A stretch of 64,000 nt of DNA from Candidatus Latescibacterota bacterium (GCA_965219455.1 OZ244744.1:1728001-1792000), one strand, 5' to 3'. Shown: positions 1-13,050, counted from the first letter of the stretch. Numbers and translations are program-made. Notes: generated by a model from the letters alone, not told the origin.

Positions 1-1032
1 GGTCCACGGAATTGCCGGCATTGCATAACAGACGTGCTGCCCGTAAGGCGTATTGCCGCCACCGTGGGGAATGACCGAGATGCCGGCCGCTTCGGCGATG
101 GCGCAGATTTTAACCACCGCGGTCAACCCGCCGACCCAGTTGACGTCCGGCTGAAAAATGTCCAGGAGGTGACGGCTGGCCGCGTGCTGGAAGGGCACGG
201 TTGTGTACCAGTGTTCGCCCGTGGCCAGGGTGGCCCAGGGAAGCCGGCGCCGTAATTCGATGTGCGCGTCCATGTCCTCCGAGCGAAGCATTTCCTCCAT
301 CCACTTGAGTCTGCTGGGCCGCAGTTCCTCCGCCAGGCGCACGGCGTACTCCACGTCGAACGCCATCCAGCAGTCCAGCATGAGTTCCACGTTCTCGCCC
401 GTCAGGTCTCGTGTTCCGGCCACAAGCTCCACGTTCTTTTTCAGACCTTCCAGGCCGTCCGCCGGACCGTAAGGGCACGGCAGCTTGATGGCCTCGAACC
501 CGAGTTCCAGGTACCAGTCGGCGTCACCACCCGTGGCATAGCAGAACATCTCGTCGCGGGCCGGTCCGCCCAGCAGTTCGTATACCGGCCGGTCCAGCAG
601 CTTGCCCTTCAGATCCCACAGCGCCAGGTCGATGGCGCTCACAGCGTAGGCATGCAGGCCGGTGGCGCCGTAAGAGGCCCCCATCCGCACCATCATGTCA
701 TAGCACTTTTCAATTGCCAGGCAACTCTCGCCAACCAGCCGCGGCCCGAGAAAATCGTCGATAACGGCCGCCACGGGGCGCCCGTGGCTGGCTGTGGCGA
801 AACCCAGGGTACCGTCTTCCGCTTCGACAACACAGCCGAAACCGCCCCAATTCGGCATCCAGGACGGACGAAACGCTGCGTAACGCGGATAGCGTGTCAT
901 CGGGTTGGCAACAGGGCCCTGCGCGACCCACGACGGGCGACGCGCCGTCTTGTATTCCAGGGCGCCGGACTTCGCGGATCCATACGTTTCGGGAAAGTCT
1001 ACCTGAACGGCGCGGATGGACTTGATTTTCAT
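1..1032 (-). CDS. Enolase-superfamily (mandelate racemase/MLE) acid-sugar dehydratase, L-rhamnonate dehydratase-like; 3' end lies outside the window
   Basis: Not in the ORF track (no stop in window). Manual translation MKIKSIRAVQVDFP...ANPMTRYPRYAAFRPSW...SAIDLALWDLKGKLLDRPVYELLGGPARDEMFCYATG; GGAGG RBS upstream of ATG at 1032. Confidence 0.85.
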   Translation of the reverse strand, partial: MKIKSIRAVQVDFPETYGSAKSGALEYKTARRPSWVAQGPVANPMTRYPRYAAFRPSWMPNWGGFGCVVEAEDGTLGFATASHGRPVAAVIDDFLGPRLVGESCLAIEKCYDMMVRMGASYGATGLHAYAVSAIDLALWDLKGKLLDRPVYELLGGPARDEMFCYATGGDADWYLELGFEAIKLPCPYGPADGLEGLKKNVELVAGTRDLTGENVELMLDCWMAFDVEYAVRLAEELRPSRLKWMEEMLRSEDMDAHIELRRRLPWATLATGEHWYTTVPFQHAASRHLLDIFQPDVNWVGGLTAVVKICAIAEAAGISVIPHGGGNTPYGQHVCYAMPAIPWT

Positions 1033-1108
1033 GTTGAATATCCTCCTGTCTGCGGTATCGATCCGGAAACCTGGGCGGCGTGGCGGCGGCCACGCTGGCG
1101 CCTCCGTA

Positions 1109-2050
1109 TCACCGCGGCCAATCCGGTGGAAGCTCCAGGGTCCAGACCTCGCTGTTCAAGGGCTCGGCATGCCCCCCAGCGAGCCAGATTCTGTCCTTGA
1201 AGACGTATGCCGAATGCTCGTGGCGCTTTGTCCAGATCACGTTGGATTTGAGTTCCGTCCAGTTCGCCCCGTCCTTCGAGTACCAGACGTCCCCGAAGTT
1301 CCCGTCCCGGCGCGACCATCCACCCAGAACCCACATATGGCCTCGATAGACGACCAGGGAAAACCACATGCGCTTCTTCCACGGCGCTTCGGCCGTTACC
1401 TGCGTCCAGTTCGCGCCGTCATCCGAACACCATACGTCGTTGAGCGGAATGGTCTCGGGTTGCCACGCGCCGCCACCCATGATCCAGATCTTGTTCCTGA
1501 AGACCACGGCCTGCGCGTGCGTTCGCTTCGGCCAGGCGGCATTTTCCACTTCGCATCTCCAATTCCGGCCGTCGGCGGTTGACCAAACGTCATTTTTCAG
1601 CGTCGTGTCATCGTCCTGGTAAAAATTCTCGGTTCCTCCCATGACCCACATGCGGTCTTTGAACACGACAAACGAAGGCGATACCCGCGGGCACCAGCCC
1701 GGATTATCGGTTTCAAGGACCCACTCAGCGCCGTCCGGCGAAGACCATACCGTGTTCGTATTCTCCGCGCCGGGCAATTTCCGCCCTCCCATCAGCCACA
1801 TCCTGCCCTTGAACGGCATGGTCGCAGGCAGGTCGCCGTGTACCCATGGCGCGACCTCCACCGTACGCGTCCAATGCTTCCCGTCGGACGACTTCCAGAC
1901 GTCCCTTGGATTGGGTGTCTGGGGGGTGAACCAGCCTCCAAGAATCCACATATGGCCTTCCCACACCATCTCACCCTGCGAATCCCGCGCCTGCCATGCC
2001 GCCTGCTCCGTGACGCATACCCAGTCCGGACCCTTCGCCTCTCGACTCAT
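1109..2050 (-). CDS. Kelch-repeat / galactose-oxidase-like beta-propeller protein
   Basis: Repeated W-x-x-GG...DVW-x-S-x-DG-x-x-W units; start refined to ATG 2050 (MSREAKG) after AAGGGGG RBS. Confidence 0.8.
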   Translation of the reverse strand: MSREAKGPDWVCVTEQAAWQARDSQGEMVWEGHMWILGGWFTPQTPNPRDVWKSSDGKHWTRTVEVAPWVHGDLPATMPFKGRMWLMGGRKLPGAENTNTVWSSPDGAEWVLETDNPGWCPRVSPSFVVFKDRMWVMGGTENFYQDDDTTLKNDVWSTADGRNWRCEVENAAWPKRTHAQAVVFRNKIWIMGGGAWQPETIPLNDVWCSDDGANWTQVTAEAPWKKRMWFSLVVYRGHMWVLGGWSRRDGNFGDVWYSKDGANWTELKSNVIWTKRHEHSAYVFKDRIWLAGGHAEPLNSEVWTLELPPDWPR

Positions 2051-2247
2051 TACAATTTCCCCCTTGTAGAGATTCATCGCGTCGGCAAACACCAGGGTAT
2101 CGGCAAACCCGGTGTGCCCGGCGACGCAACGCTCAGGTGACGTTCTTCGCCCGCGTCTCGCGCCCGTCCGTTCTGGCACGGTATCGTTGCGTCTTCGCCA
2201 GTGCGACGGATAGCCGCGTTGCTCCTTCTCGTCTCTCCGTCGATCCC

Positions 2248-3288
2248 CTACCTCAGTTGCCAGCCTGAACGATCGACCGCCAGCTTATTGGGCCCCTTGT
2301 AGCGATCGTATACCCCGCGCATGTCCTCGATGCTATCGAAGAAGCCGACGACGTGGGCCGCGCTGAACGTATCGCCGGCCTTCACGGGCATGCCATGCAT
2401 TTCCAGGATCATCACGATGATATCGCCAGGCCGCTGGCTGCACCAGGCCTCGTAGACCACAGAGGGATCCAGCGTAAGGCCGCCCAGCCAGGGCCCATCG
2501 TCGCCCGTTTCAGGATCCCGCAGGCGGTACGCGCGGATGAAATGCTCTGGTGTTCTGTTCAGATCGCGGCGATACCCGAACTTCCGGTCCGGCGGGAATG
2601 GATCGAAGAATTCACTGGACGGGATGCGCAGGCCGTTGGGGCCGCTCAGATAACTGAGATAGATCTCGCTGAACGTATCACCCCGCGTGTGTCGGACGCA
2701 GCCGGGCGTGTCGTTCCTGAGGAACATCCCGGGTGAATCGTTCACACTCTCGATCCGGTCCATCAACACGAAAAACCGTTCGCCTCTGGGAAACACGATC
2801 AACTGTGTCCAATGCGACCCCGCGTTCCGGCCCGGCGCCGCATACTCGAAACGATACCGGGTCCTCACGGCGATGAAGTCCGTCCCGTGGATCACATCCG
2901 GCTGAACGGGCTTCATTCTGTGGCAGAGTTGCGGTCCCTCGACCATGCGTTTGCGATGGCTGCTCCCATGGGCCATGATGGCGCATGAACGCGTTTCCGG
3001 TTCCGTCTCATTCTCATACCATCGGTATTTGCCCACGCCGTGCCCGTCATCGGCAGACACGCCGGCGCCGTAGGATTCATCGCTTCCGGCTTCCATCAGC
3101 CAGTCGACCACCATCAGACCGTCGCCCGCCTCCCGAAAGCCGGTCTTCCTGTCGACAAATGACCCTTTTTCAATCCCGGTCATCCATTGCTTCGGTTCCT
3201 TCTTCGGAATAACGGCTTCGAGTTCGGCGGTTTCGACTGTTATCCTGCGGTCATCCTCGATCACATTTACCCACGCTGCATTTTTCAT
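2248..3288 (-). CDS. Hypothetical protein (346 aa)
   Basis: Long ORF co-oriented with neighbours, coding-like composition; no motif recognised. Confidence 0.7.
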   Translation of the reverse strand: MKNAAWVNVIEDDRRITVETAELEAVIPKKEPKQWMTGIEKGSFVDRKTGFREAGDGLMVVDWLMEAGSDESYGAGVSADDGHGVGKYRWYENETEPETRSCAIMAHGSSHRKRMVEGPQLCHRMKPVQPDVIHGTDFIAVRTRYRFEYAAPGRNAGSHWTQLIVFPRGERFFVLMDRIESVNDSPGMFLRNDTPGCVRHTRGDTFSEIYLSYLSGPNGLRIPSSEFFDPFPPDRKFGYRRDLNRTPEHFIRAYRLRDPETGDDGPWLGGLTLDPSVVYEAWCSQRPGDIIVMILEMHGMPVKAGDTFSAAHVVGFFDSIEDMRGVYDRYKGPNKLAVDRSGWQLR

Positions 3289-3375
3289 GGATCCATTCCC
3301 ATTCGTTTGACTTCAATTTGCCAATCGACGAAAGGCTGTTTAGAGGAGAAAACCAACCCATGGAACTGCGTTCCA

Positions 3376-3436
3376 GGCGGACACAAACCCTACCGCGTCG
3401 TGTTGGAGTCTGTAGGGGCAATCCTTGTGGTTGCCC
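3376..3436. repeat. GTAG-family REP pair (GTAGGGGCAATCCTTGTGGTTGCCC plus a degenerate inverted partner ending CCCTAC)
   Basis: GTAG tetranucleotide followed by GGGCAA..TTGCCC palindrome; near-identical copies at 19314 and 34619. Confidence 0.75.
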
Positions 3437-3495
3437 AAATAGTGGCGCGCAAATCGCCAATTGACGACGCGGGTCCATATCGCCAACCGGTTTTG

Positions 3496-3557
3496 GCTGA
3501 ATGCTGACGGCTGATAGCTGACCGCTGTTTTTCCTGATTGCTGATGGCTGGCGGCTG
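3496..3557. repeat. Tandem heptamer repeat (GCTGAnn)n
   Basis: gctgaat-gctgacg-gctgata-gctgacc-gctg and ctgatt-gctgatg-gctggcg-gctg; same unit at 13076, 19224, 19361, 35006, 41196. Confidence 0.7.
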
Positions 3558-3596
3558 TGCCGCGGGGTGGCCTTCTTACGTCTCCCCTCTAACTTC

Positions 3597-5789
3597 TCAT
3601 GTTTTCAGGTGTTTACGCAAAAACGCAAAGGTGCCCACGCCGTTGATCGTATGGGGGCCGTTGAAGTACTCGATTTCGGTGCGGTCTTCCAGGCCCTGCA
3701 GTGCGTAGTGCCGATATGTTTTGGCGTATTCGTAGGCCACCCATTCGTCAGGGGCGACGCCGTCGTGGTGCCCGCGTTCGACCATGAAGGGACGGGGGCA
3801 GATCATCCAGGACATTTCCGCGTAGTTGAACGTATTGCCGAGGTTGAATTCGGGCATCTCATATTCACGGCTGAAAAGATAGCTGTACCTGTGCCGGGCC
3901 GAAGCGTTCTTCCAGATCCACTCGTTGAAGTCCGCCGAGCAGATGGAGAGACTGTATTGCTCAAGCAGGGCGGGAACCCGCATGGCCGTTTTGCCGCCGT
4001 AGCTGATACCATAAAAGCCGATGCGTTCCGCATCCACAAACGGCAGCGATGACAACCAGGCCAGCGTCTGCTCGTGCTGCCGGACAATGAAGGAAAAAAG
4101 CGAGAGTTTGAGCGGGTTGGCCTTGCGCTGAAGCACCCGATAGACATCTTGTCCGATGTAGGGATTCTGAGGAGCGTATGTGACAAAACCCTCTTTAGCA
4201 AGATCATATGCGAATTTTCTATAGGGATGTCGCGGGCCGTTCGGATCTACAATGGATTGGGGCCTGCCTTCCAACCCGTGCTGGCAGACCACGACGGGAC
4301 GTTTCTCGTCTTTTCGAATACATTTGGGAATCAGCAGGATACCGTAGGCAAAAACGTCGGGGTAGACGTCGAGCATTACCTCGTATGCAGTGGCCACGGG
4401 ATCGTCGTAAAACAGCCGGGTACGCGGGTTGGGAGGCAGCGAAACGGGTGGAAGTGGGCCGATAACGTCGTCCCAGAGCCGCCGGCGGTATTCCTTGAGC
4501 ATATCCGCATCGATGCTTGTATCGGATCCACCGGCTTCGACCCAGTATTCCGCCCGCCGGAATTCGGCGTCCCTCAGGGCGAACTGCGTGTGATCCAGGA
4601 GTTGATTGAACTGACGCCTGGAGCGGGCTTCCGGGGAGGCGCCGTCTCGAACACGGGAGGGCAAGCCCGTCGACGCGGGCGCAGATACGGACCCGCCGAG
4701 CCCATTCAGAAATGCTTCCAGCGTCGCGTCGGCGCCAGGTTTTCCGTCAGGGCTCCTGGTAAGTACCAACGAGCCGGCGTCTCCGCCGGCCAACTCGCAG
4801 GCGCGGTCGAACTCCGACCGGACGGTTTCTTCATCCGGCGTCGTCAGCCGACCCGGCGCGGCGGTTTGTCTTCGACCCTGGGCTTCCGGTGGTCCAGCGA
4901 TTTCGGGATGGTCCGCAATTTCCACAACGAGCGCGCGCGGGGCTATAAGAGATGCGATTTCAGCGTCGCCGAATGCACGGAGCAGGCCGAACAGATTTCG
5001 ATAGATGGGTTGGCGCCAGAGGTCTTCACGGGGTTGAAAATATCCGGAGACCGAAACCGCGCCGATGCGCGCGTCCAGTGCCGCGGCATAAAACGCGAGC
5101 AGCCCCCCCTCCCCGTGCCCGAACAGGCCGACCGGAAGCTCGTCGGAAACCAGTGCGTCGACTGCGGCGAGGATCTTCTGGATTTCGTATCCGATGATGT
5201 GACGGCCCAATTCGTACGCCGCACGGTAGATGAACTCCCGGTGCGGCTGGTTGGTCATACCGATATCCGTATGGCCCGAGTCGTCGCACCGACGATCCAT
5301 GAGGAGAGGAACAAGGACACGGCATCCGTTTTCGGCCAGGCGCCGGGCAACCTGGGCGGGTGCCGGTACGCCGGGTTGCAATCCGGCAATTTGCTCAGGC
5401 GTGAAATCGCAGTCTGGAAGGGCAATGACGTTGGCAACCGGCGGCCCGTCGGGCTGCAGCAGGAGGCCCTCGCCGTCGACACCCTTGAGCGCGGGCCAGA
5501 TGACTTCGAAGATCCGGTAGCCCTGACCCGAGGCCACTTCGGCCGGACCGTCCATAGGTGAAACGACCCGAATGGTTCCGCTTTCGCGGGAATCGATAAG
5601 GCCCAGCATCTCCGAGAGGCGCTGCCGGAGTGCTTCGTCCGACGCCGTATCTCGTTGAGAATCGCGGTCCTTGCGCGCGGATCGAGTCTCACGCATGAGG
5701 AATCGGTCCATACCCGCGACCATGGCGGCGGCCACGTCGCCCTCAATGTCGAGCCGTTTTGTTCCGGGCAATACGCTTTGGGATGTCAT
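3597..5789 (-). CDS. Tandem alpha/beta-hydrolase (dienelactone hydrolase / acetyl xylan esterase-like) protein
   Basis: Two nucleophile-elbow-like motifs GHGEGG and GISYGG; VVCQHGLEG. Confidence 0.8.
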   Translation of the reverse strand: MTSQSVLPGTKRLDIEGDVAAAMVAGMDRFLMRETRSARKDRDSQRDTASDEALRQRLSEMLGLIDSRESGTIRVVSPMDGPAEVASGQGYRIFEVIWPALKGVDGEGLLLQPDGPPVANVIALPDCDFTPEQIAGLQPGVPAPAQVARRLAENGCRVLVPLLMDRRCDDSGHTDIGMTNQPHREFIYRAAYELGRHIIGYEIQKILAAVDALVSDELPVGLFGHGEGGLLAFYAAALDARIGAVSVSGYFQPREDLWRQPIYRNLFGLLRAFGDAEIASLIAPRALVVEIADHPEIAGPPEAQGRRQTAAPGRLTTPDEETVRSEFDRACELAGGDAGSLVLTRSPDGKPGADATLEAFLNGLGGSVSAPASTGLPSRVRDGASPEARSRRQFNQLLDHTQFALRDAEFRRAEYWVEAGGSDTSIDADMLKEYRRRLWDDVIGPLPPVSLPPNPRTRLFYDDPVATAYEVMLDVYPDVFAYGILLIPKCIRKDEKRPVVVCQHGLEGRPQSIVDPNGPRHPYRKFAYDLAKEGFVTYAPQNPYIGQDVYRVLQRKANPLKLSLFSFIVRQHEQTLAWLSSLPFVDAERIGFYGISYGGKTAMRVPALLEQYSLSICSADFNEWIWKNASARHRYSYLFSREYEMPEFNLGNTFNYAEMSWMICPRPFMVERGHHDGVAPDEWVAYEYAKTYRHYALQGLEDRTEIEYFNGPHTINGVGTFAFLRKHLKT

Positions 5790-5884
5790 ATTTGGCCTCC
5801 CGGAATTTTAAGATCCCGGTTCGCAATCCGGATGCTTCCACAAGCTAACCCATGCCGTCCGCAATATCAACAGGCATCGACCGT

Positions 5885-7063
5885 TCAGGAGAGCAGTTCG
5901 CAAAGTTCGTCGCTCTCCCGGGTGATCTGTTCACTCCCGTTCTCCGAAATCACGAAAACGTCCTCCCACAGCATCTGAACGCCTTCCGCGGTCAACCCGG
6001 GCTCGGTGCTCAGGACCATCCCGGGCTCCAGCGGCGTCTGATCGTCCGGATGAATGCTCGGCGGCTCGGTAATCAGCATACCCTGCCCGTGGCCCATCCG
6101 GGAGGGTCCGAACCGGTCCATTCCATTCGTCCTTAAACACGCCTTGTGGATCGCTTCCATTCCTGCCCCGTAGATTTCGGAGCACCTCACGCCGGGGCCG
6201 AGGGCCGCCGCCATGGCGCGATTCACCTCCAGCAGTGCGCCGTGCATCCGTCTCAACGGTTCCGTCGCCCGGCCCAGGACGACCCACCGGGTATAGTCAA
6301 CCGTATACATGCCCACACGGGCGCCCGTATCCACACCGACGACCTGGCCTGCTTCCAGCGGCCTATCGCAACCGAACGGATTCCGCGATCCCGGAAGGCC
6401 CAGCAGCAACATGACAAACGAAGTCCCATCGCCGCCCTCTTCCAGAATCAGCCGCCGCAACAGGCGGGCGGTCGCCCGTTCCGTCATCCCGGGCCGAATC
6501 ATGCCGAACAGCCGCTGCCGGGCCCGGTCCGTCACTTCTCCCGCCTGCCGGATATATGCGAGTTCCTCCTTCGACTTCACCATCCGCAGTTGTAAGATCA
6601 CCTCCGCCGCGTCCACAAACGCGACATCGGACAATGCCCCCGTCAGGTCCTGATATGCCCCCACGGGCATTCCCATCCGCTGTTCCTGCCCCAATTCCAC
6701 ACCCACGGACCCGCAGGCCGCTCCCGCGTCCCGCAGCGCCTGGACTACGACCGCTTGCGGAAACTCGAACAACTCCCCGTACCCTCGCACATCGGTCACA
6801 TAGGAACCCAGCGCCAGATTGTCCTGTCCCTGTGTGACAACAATCGGCTCCCCGTCCCGGGGCAGGATAAAGACCGACGGTCGGGTCAGCGACGCGTGCA
6901 GGGCCACACTCGCCGCCGTCCCCGCGAAATACTGGAAATTCTCCTCGCCGGTAACAAACAGCACGTCCATCCCGCGCCGGTCCATCGCCACCCGCGCGCG
7001 GGCATACCTTCGCTCCATCTCCTCACGGGAGAACATCGCGTATTCGAGATCGTCGGATCTCAT
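5885..7063 (-). CDS. Xaa-Pro peptidase family (M24) protein
   Basis: Creatinase N-domain, LRMVKSKEE, D-TG, DYTR, GHGQGM, TEPG, EDV metal motifs; start refined to ATG 7063. Confidence 0.88.
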   Translation of the reverse strand: MRSDDLEYAMFSREEMERRYARARVAMDRRGMDVLFVTGEENFQYFAGTAASVALHASLTRPSVFILPRDGEPIVVTQGQDNLALGSYVTDVRGYGELFEFPQAVVVQALRDAGAACGSVGVELGQEQRMGMPVGAYQDLTGALSDVAFVDAAEVILQLRMVKSKEELAYIRQAGEVTDRARQRLFGMIRPGMTERATARLLRRLILEEGGDGTSFVMLLLGLPGSRNPFGCDRPLEAGQVVGVDTGARVGMYTVDYTRWVVLGRATEPLRRMHGALLEVNRAMAAALGPGVRCSEIYGAGMEAIHKACLRTNGMDRFGPSRMGHGQGMLITEPPSIHPDDQTPLEPGMVLSTEPGLTAEGVQMLWEDVFVISENGSEQITRESDELCELLS

Positions 7064-7371
7064 CGACCTCCAGCCTTCCTTGCGTCTCCGATCCGATACG
7101 GCTCGTTTCAGATCGACGGAACAACCGTCCCGGAAAATATCGCACTTACCCACATCGGGCCACCCCACCAGGGTATCTCTATCCAACGTCAACCCGATCG
7201 CCGCCGTCGGATCGCAGCGAAAATCCACAACTAACTTACGTCACGTTGCCGGCGGCGACGGATTTCCTCCCACTGAATTCTTTAGTCCTCAAGGGTAAAT
7301 TAAATAATTTGTATATTGTTTTATATTTATCACTCAATAATGTGTATTTTGAATTATATTATACGTAAATA

Positions 7372-7400
7372 TTGACATATTGATAATATATCGATATATT
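7372..7400 (+). promoter_or_regulatory. Sigma70-type promoter with overlapping 16-bp palindrome
   Basis: TTGACA(7372)-17 bp-TATATT(7395) at the end of an AT-rich tract; perfect palindrome AATATATCGATATATT 7385-7400. Confidence 0.7.
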
Positions 7401-7653
7401 CTCGATCAGGTCGCCCGTTTAGCAAAGCACGGCAAGCTGATGTCGTAAACGGCCGTACCACCTGAAGGTTGGGCCCTCGATCGAAGTAACCGATTCAATC
7501 GGCAGACGGCGGGCACGCAAGATAGTTTCCGCCCGGTACAGGCGCAAGCCACTTTGCCGGACGATTCGACGTACGCAAGTCCGGCCGGCGGAGAGACGCG
7601 TCTGTTTTCTCGATAGCTGAAATTCAGTCAAACTGGAAAGGAGTAAGCCAACC

Positions 7654-8043
7654 GTGCGGAAGGTATTGGAGAAATGTCCGACATGCGGCGGCGAACTGAC
7701 GATATCAGGATTGCAGTGCCACGCCTGCCACACCAGAATCGAGAGTCAATATTCGACGTGTCCCTTCTGTCGTCTGTCCCAGCAAGACCTCGACTTTATT
7801 GAGATCTTTGTCAAGAACCGGGGCAATATCAAGGAACTGGAACGCGAACTCGGTATCTCCTATCCCACGGTTCGCAACCGCCTGAATGCCGTCATCGCGG
7901 AGCTTGGCTATGAAGTCCGGGGCGACGCGCCCACTTCCGACGAAAGCTCGGAAAAACGCCGTGAGATCCTGAAACAACTCGATGAAGGGGAAATATCCGC
8001 TGAAGAGGCGGCCGAACTGATAAAGCAACGGAGGAGGAAATAA
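7654..8043 (+). CDS. DUF2089 family protein (Zn ribbon + HTH + SHOCT-like tail)
   Basis: CPTCGG...CHAC...GNIKELERELGISYPTVRNRL...GEISAEEAAELI; GTG start with AAGGAG RBS. Confidence 0.9.
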   Translation: MRKVLEKCPTCGGELTISGLQCHACHTRIESQYSTCPFCRLSQQDLDFIEIFVKNRGNIKELERELGISYPTVRNRLNAVIAELGYEVRGDAPTSDESSEKRREILKQLDEGEISAEEAAELIKQRRRK

Positions 8044-8045
8044 CA

Positions 8046-10765
<2,720 letters not shown>

Positions 10766-10826
10766 CGGGAGGATGCTTCCCGGTCTCAGAATCGCGGCGA
10801 ATCGCCACGGACCCCTCCCGGAGGAG

Positions 10827-12179
10827 TCATCGAACCAAACGTCTGAACAGATCCTCCCGCATCTCGCACTCCAGTAATTCATCCAGCCGCCGGTTCTCCA
10901 ACCCGTCTCTAATCACCGCGAAGCTCTGCCTCACCACCGCCTCGGTGTGGTCCAGCGCCGCCTCGTCGTGCGCGCAATTGAAGAAAAATCCGGTCGACAG
11001 AATCAACCCGCGTCTGGCGTTCTCCTGGACAAACAGCGTCGTCACTTTCCTCGCGGTCTCTCCGTCGGCAACCTGAAACCGGATGCCCGGGTGTGCGGCA
11101 ACGCCGACGCATTCGGCGGCCACTCCCGCCTCTCGCGCCGCCCGGTTGATCCTCTCTTTGAACGACGCCCCCACGCGCTCGAAATGCGTCACCGCATCCC
11201 TTCGCTCCAGTTCTCGCAGGGTCGTCAAGGCAGCCACGGTTCCGATGGGATCGTCCCAGTAGGCGCTGGAAATGAACATCCTCGACGCCGGTTCCATCAC
11301 CTCCCGTTTGCCAACCACGGCAGCCATCGGGTACCCGTTTGAGATCGCTTTCGCGAACACCGACAGATCGGGTACCACGCCCGTATACTCCTGTACCCCG
11401 CCCAGCGCAATACGGAAACCGGATGACACCTCGTCAAAAATAAGAACCACACCGTACTTCGTTGCCAGGTCCCTCACCCCGTCCAGATACCCGGGGGGCG
11501 GCAACTCCGTCCGCATCGGCTCCATCATAATGCACGCGACCTCGTTTCCGTGCGTCTTCAGCAGATCCTCCAGCATTTGCAGGTCGCCGTACTCGAACGG
11601 AATTGTGGTCCCTTCCAGCACCCGCGGCACGCCGATCGGCTCGATTCCCGGCCTGAGGTGGCGGTCGAGCCGTTCTCCACCCAGATTTGCCGCCAGGTAC
11701 CAATCGTGCCATCCGTGATAACCGCAGAACAGCACCTTGTCCTTCCCGGTAACCCCGCGCGCGATCCGTACCGCCACGGTACACGCCTCTCCCCCTCCTT
11801 TGGCGTAACGCACCATCTCCGCGGACGGAATCAGCCGGACCAGTTCTTCGGCCAGTTCCACGGCGCTTTCATGCACAATGCTGCAGATGCCGCCTCGTTC
11901 GATCTGCTGTTTGACTGCCGCGTCCACAACATCGTCCGCATAGCCCAATATGATCGGCCCCACCCCGCTCATCCAATCGACGTACTCGTTGCCGTCGACG
12001 TCCCAGATCCGGCATCCCTTCGCCTTCGCGGCGTAAACCGGGCTCACCCCCAGCGCCGCCTGTGTCGGACGCCGGCTGAGCAACTGGGTCACACCCGGAA
12101 TCACTTCCTTCGCCCGCTCATACACGGCCATCGACCGGACAACCGAATGCTGCGCAGGCATTGTGTTCTTCTCGTTCAT
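10827..12179 (-). CDS. Class-III PLP aminotransferase (glutamate-1-semialdehyde aminomutase-like)
   Basis: IWDVDGNEYVD, GYHGWHDW, LIFDEVSSGFR, FAKAISNGYP. Confidence 0.88.
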   Translation of the reverse strand: MNEKNTMPAQHSVVRSMAVYERAKEVIPGVTQLLSRRPTQAALGVSPVYAAKAKGCRIWDVDGNEYVDWMSGVGPIILGYADDVVDAAVKQQIERGGICSIVHESAVELAEELVRLIPSAEMVRYAKGGGEACTVAVRIARGVTGKDKVLFCGYHGWHDWYLAANLGGERLDRHLRPGIEPIGVPRVLEGTTIPFEYGDLQMLEDLLKTHGNEVACIMMEPMRTELPPPGYLDGVRDLATKYGVVLIFDEVSSGFRIALGGVQEYTGVVPDLSVFAKAISNGYPMAAVVGKREVMEPASRMFISSAYWDDPIGTVAALTTLRELERRDAVTHFERVGASFKERINRAAREAGVAAECVGVAAHPGIRFQVADGETARKVTTLFVQENARRGLILSTGFFFNCAHDEAALDHTEAVVRQSFAVIRDGLENRRLDELLECEMREDLFRRLVR

Positions 12180-12252
12180 TGCCGATCCTCCCAAAGGACG
12201 GGTTGGACACATCCCGGCGGCGATGGCGCACGGCCCCTATTCGTTTCCGGAC

Positions 12253-13050
12253 CTACCACGCTGTCCATCCACCGTCGATCGTCAAATTCTGCCCGGTCAT
12301 ATAGCTGCTCGCGTCACTGGCGAGAAACACGATCGCCCCCTTCAATTCATGCGGCTCCCCCATTCGTCCCATCGGGCTCTTCGTACACAACCGGTCCACC
12401 ATCTCCGCCGGCGCCTTGCTCATATTGGGAAACGGCCCCGGGCTCAGACAATTCACCCTCACGCGGTCCGCCGCCCAGTAAACCGCCAGGTGGCGCGTCA
12501 CGTGGATGATCCCGCCCTTCAACGCGTGATAAGCGGCAGGGCTGGCAGGACAGACCCCGGCATACGCGTCGGGGTAGGAGGCCACCTGACCGTACATGGA
12601 CCCGAGCATCACGATGCTCGCGGACCCGCCGCGTTCCACGGCGTCGTTTCGCATCAGACGGGCAAGCGTGAAATAGCCGGCCACGTTTGCCTGTTGCCAC
12701 GCGAACTGCTCGTGTGTCACGTCCGTCCAGTCGTTCAACAGGCCCTCGTGTCCGTTGTTGACCAGCACGTCGATCTGTCCGGTCGTTTCCACCGCCTCCG
12801 CAAAACCGGCCTCGATGGATCCTCCATCCATATGATCCAGCTCGACCCCCAGGTGCGAGGCGTCGCCGGGCAACGCCGCCACCGCAGCCTCGGCCCGGCC
12901 GCGGTCCCGGCTGCTGATGACGACCCTGGCCCCCGCCTCGGCCAACGCCCGGGCGAACGCCGATCCCAGAAACCCCGTTCCTCCCGTCACCAGCGCCACC
13001 TTTCCGCTCAAGTCGAACAACCTCTGCACCTTCGGTTCGCTCGTTGCCAT
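12253..13050 (-). CDS. SDR family oxidoreductase
   Basis: TGGTGFLG, YHALKGG, NCLSPG, GQNLTIDGG. Confidence 0.92.
   Translation of the reverse strand: MATSEPKVQRLFDLSGKVALVTGGTGFLGSAFARALAEAGARVVISSRDRGRAEAAVAALPGDASHLGVELDHMDGGSIEAGFAEAVETTGQIDVLVNNGHEGLLNDWTDVTHEQFAWQQANVAGYFTLARLMRNDAVERGGSASIVMLGSMYGQVASYPDAYAGVCPASPAAYHALKGGIIHVTRHLAVYWAADRVRVNCLSPGPFPNMSKAPAEMVDRLCTKSPMGRMGEPHELKGAIVFLASDASSYMTGQNLTIDGGWTAW

Noticed and set aside
7500-7535. c-di-GMP-I riboswitch (GGCAGAC..GGGCACGCAAG)
   Set aside because: Lacks the GAAA-capped hairpin and downstream stem consensus
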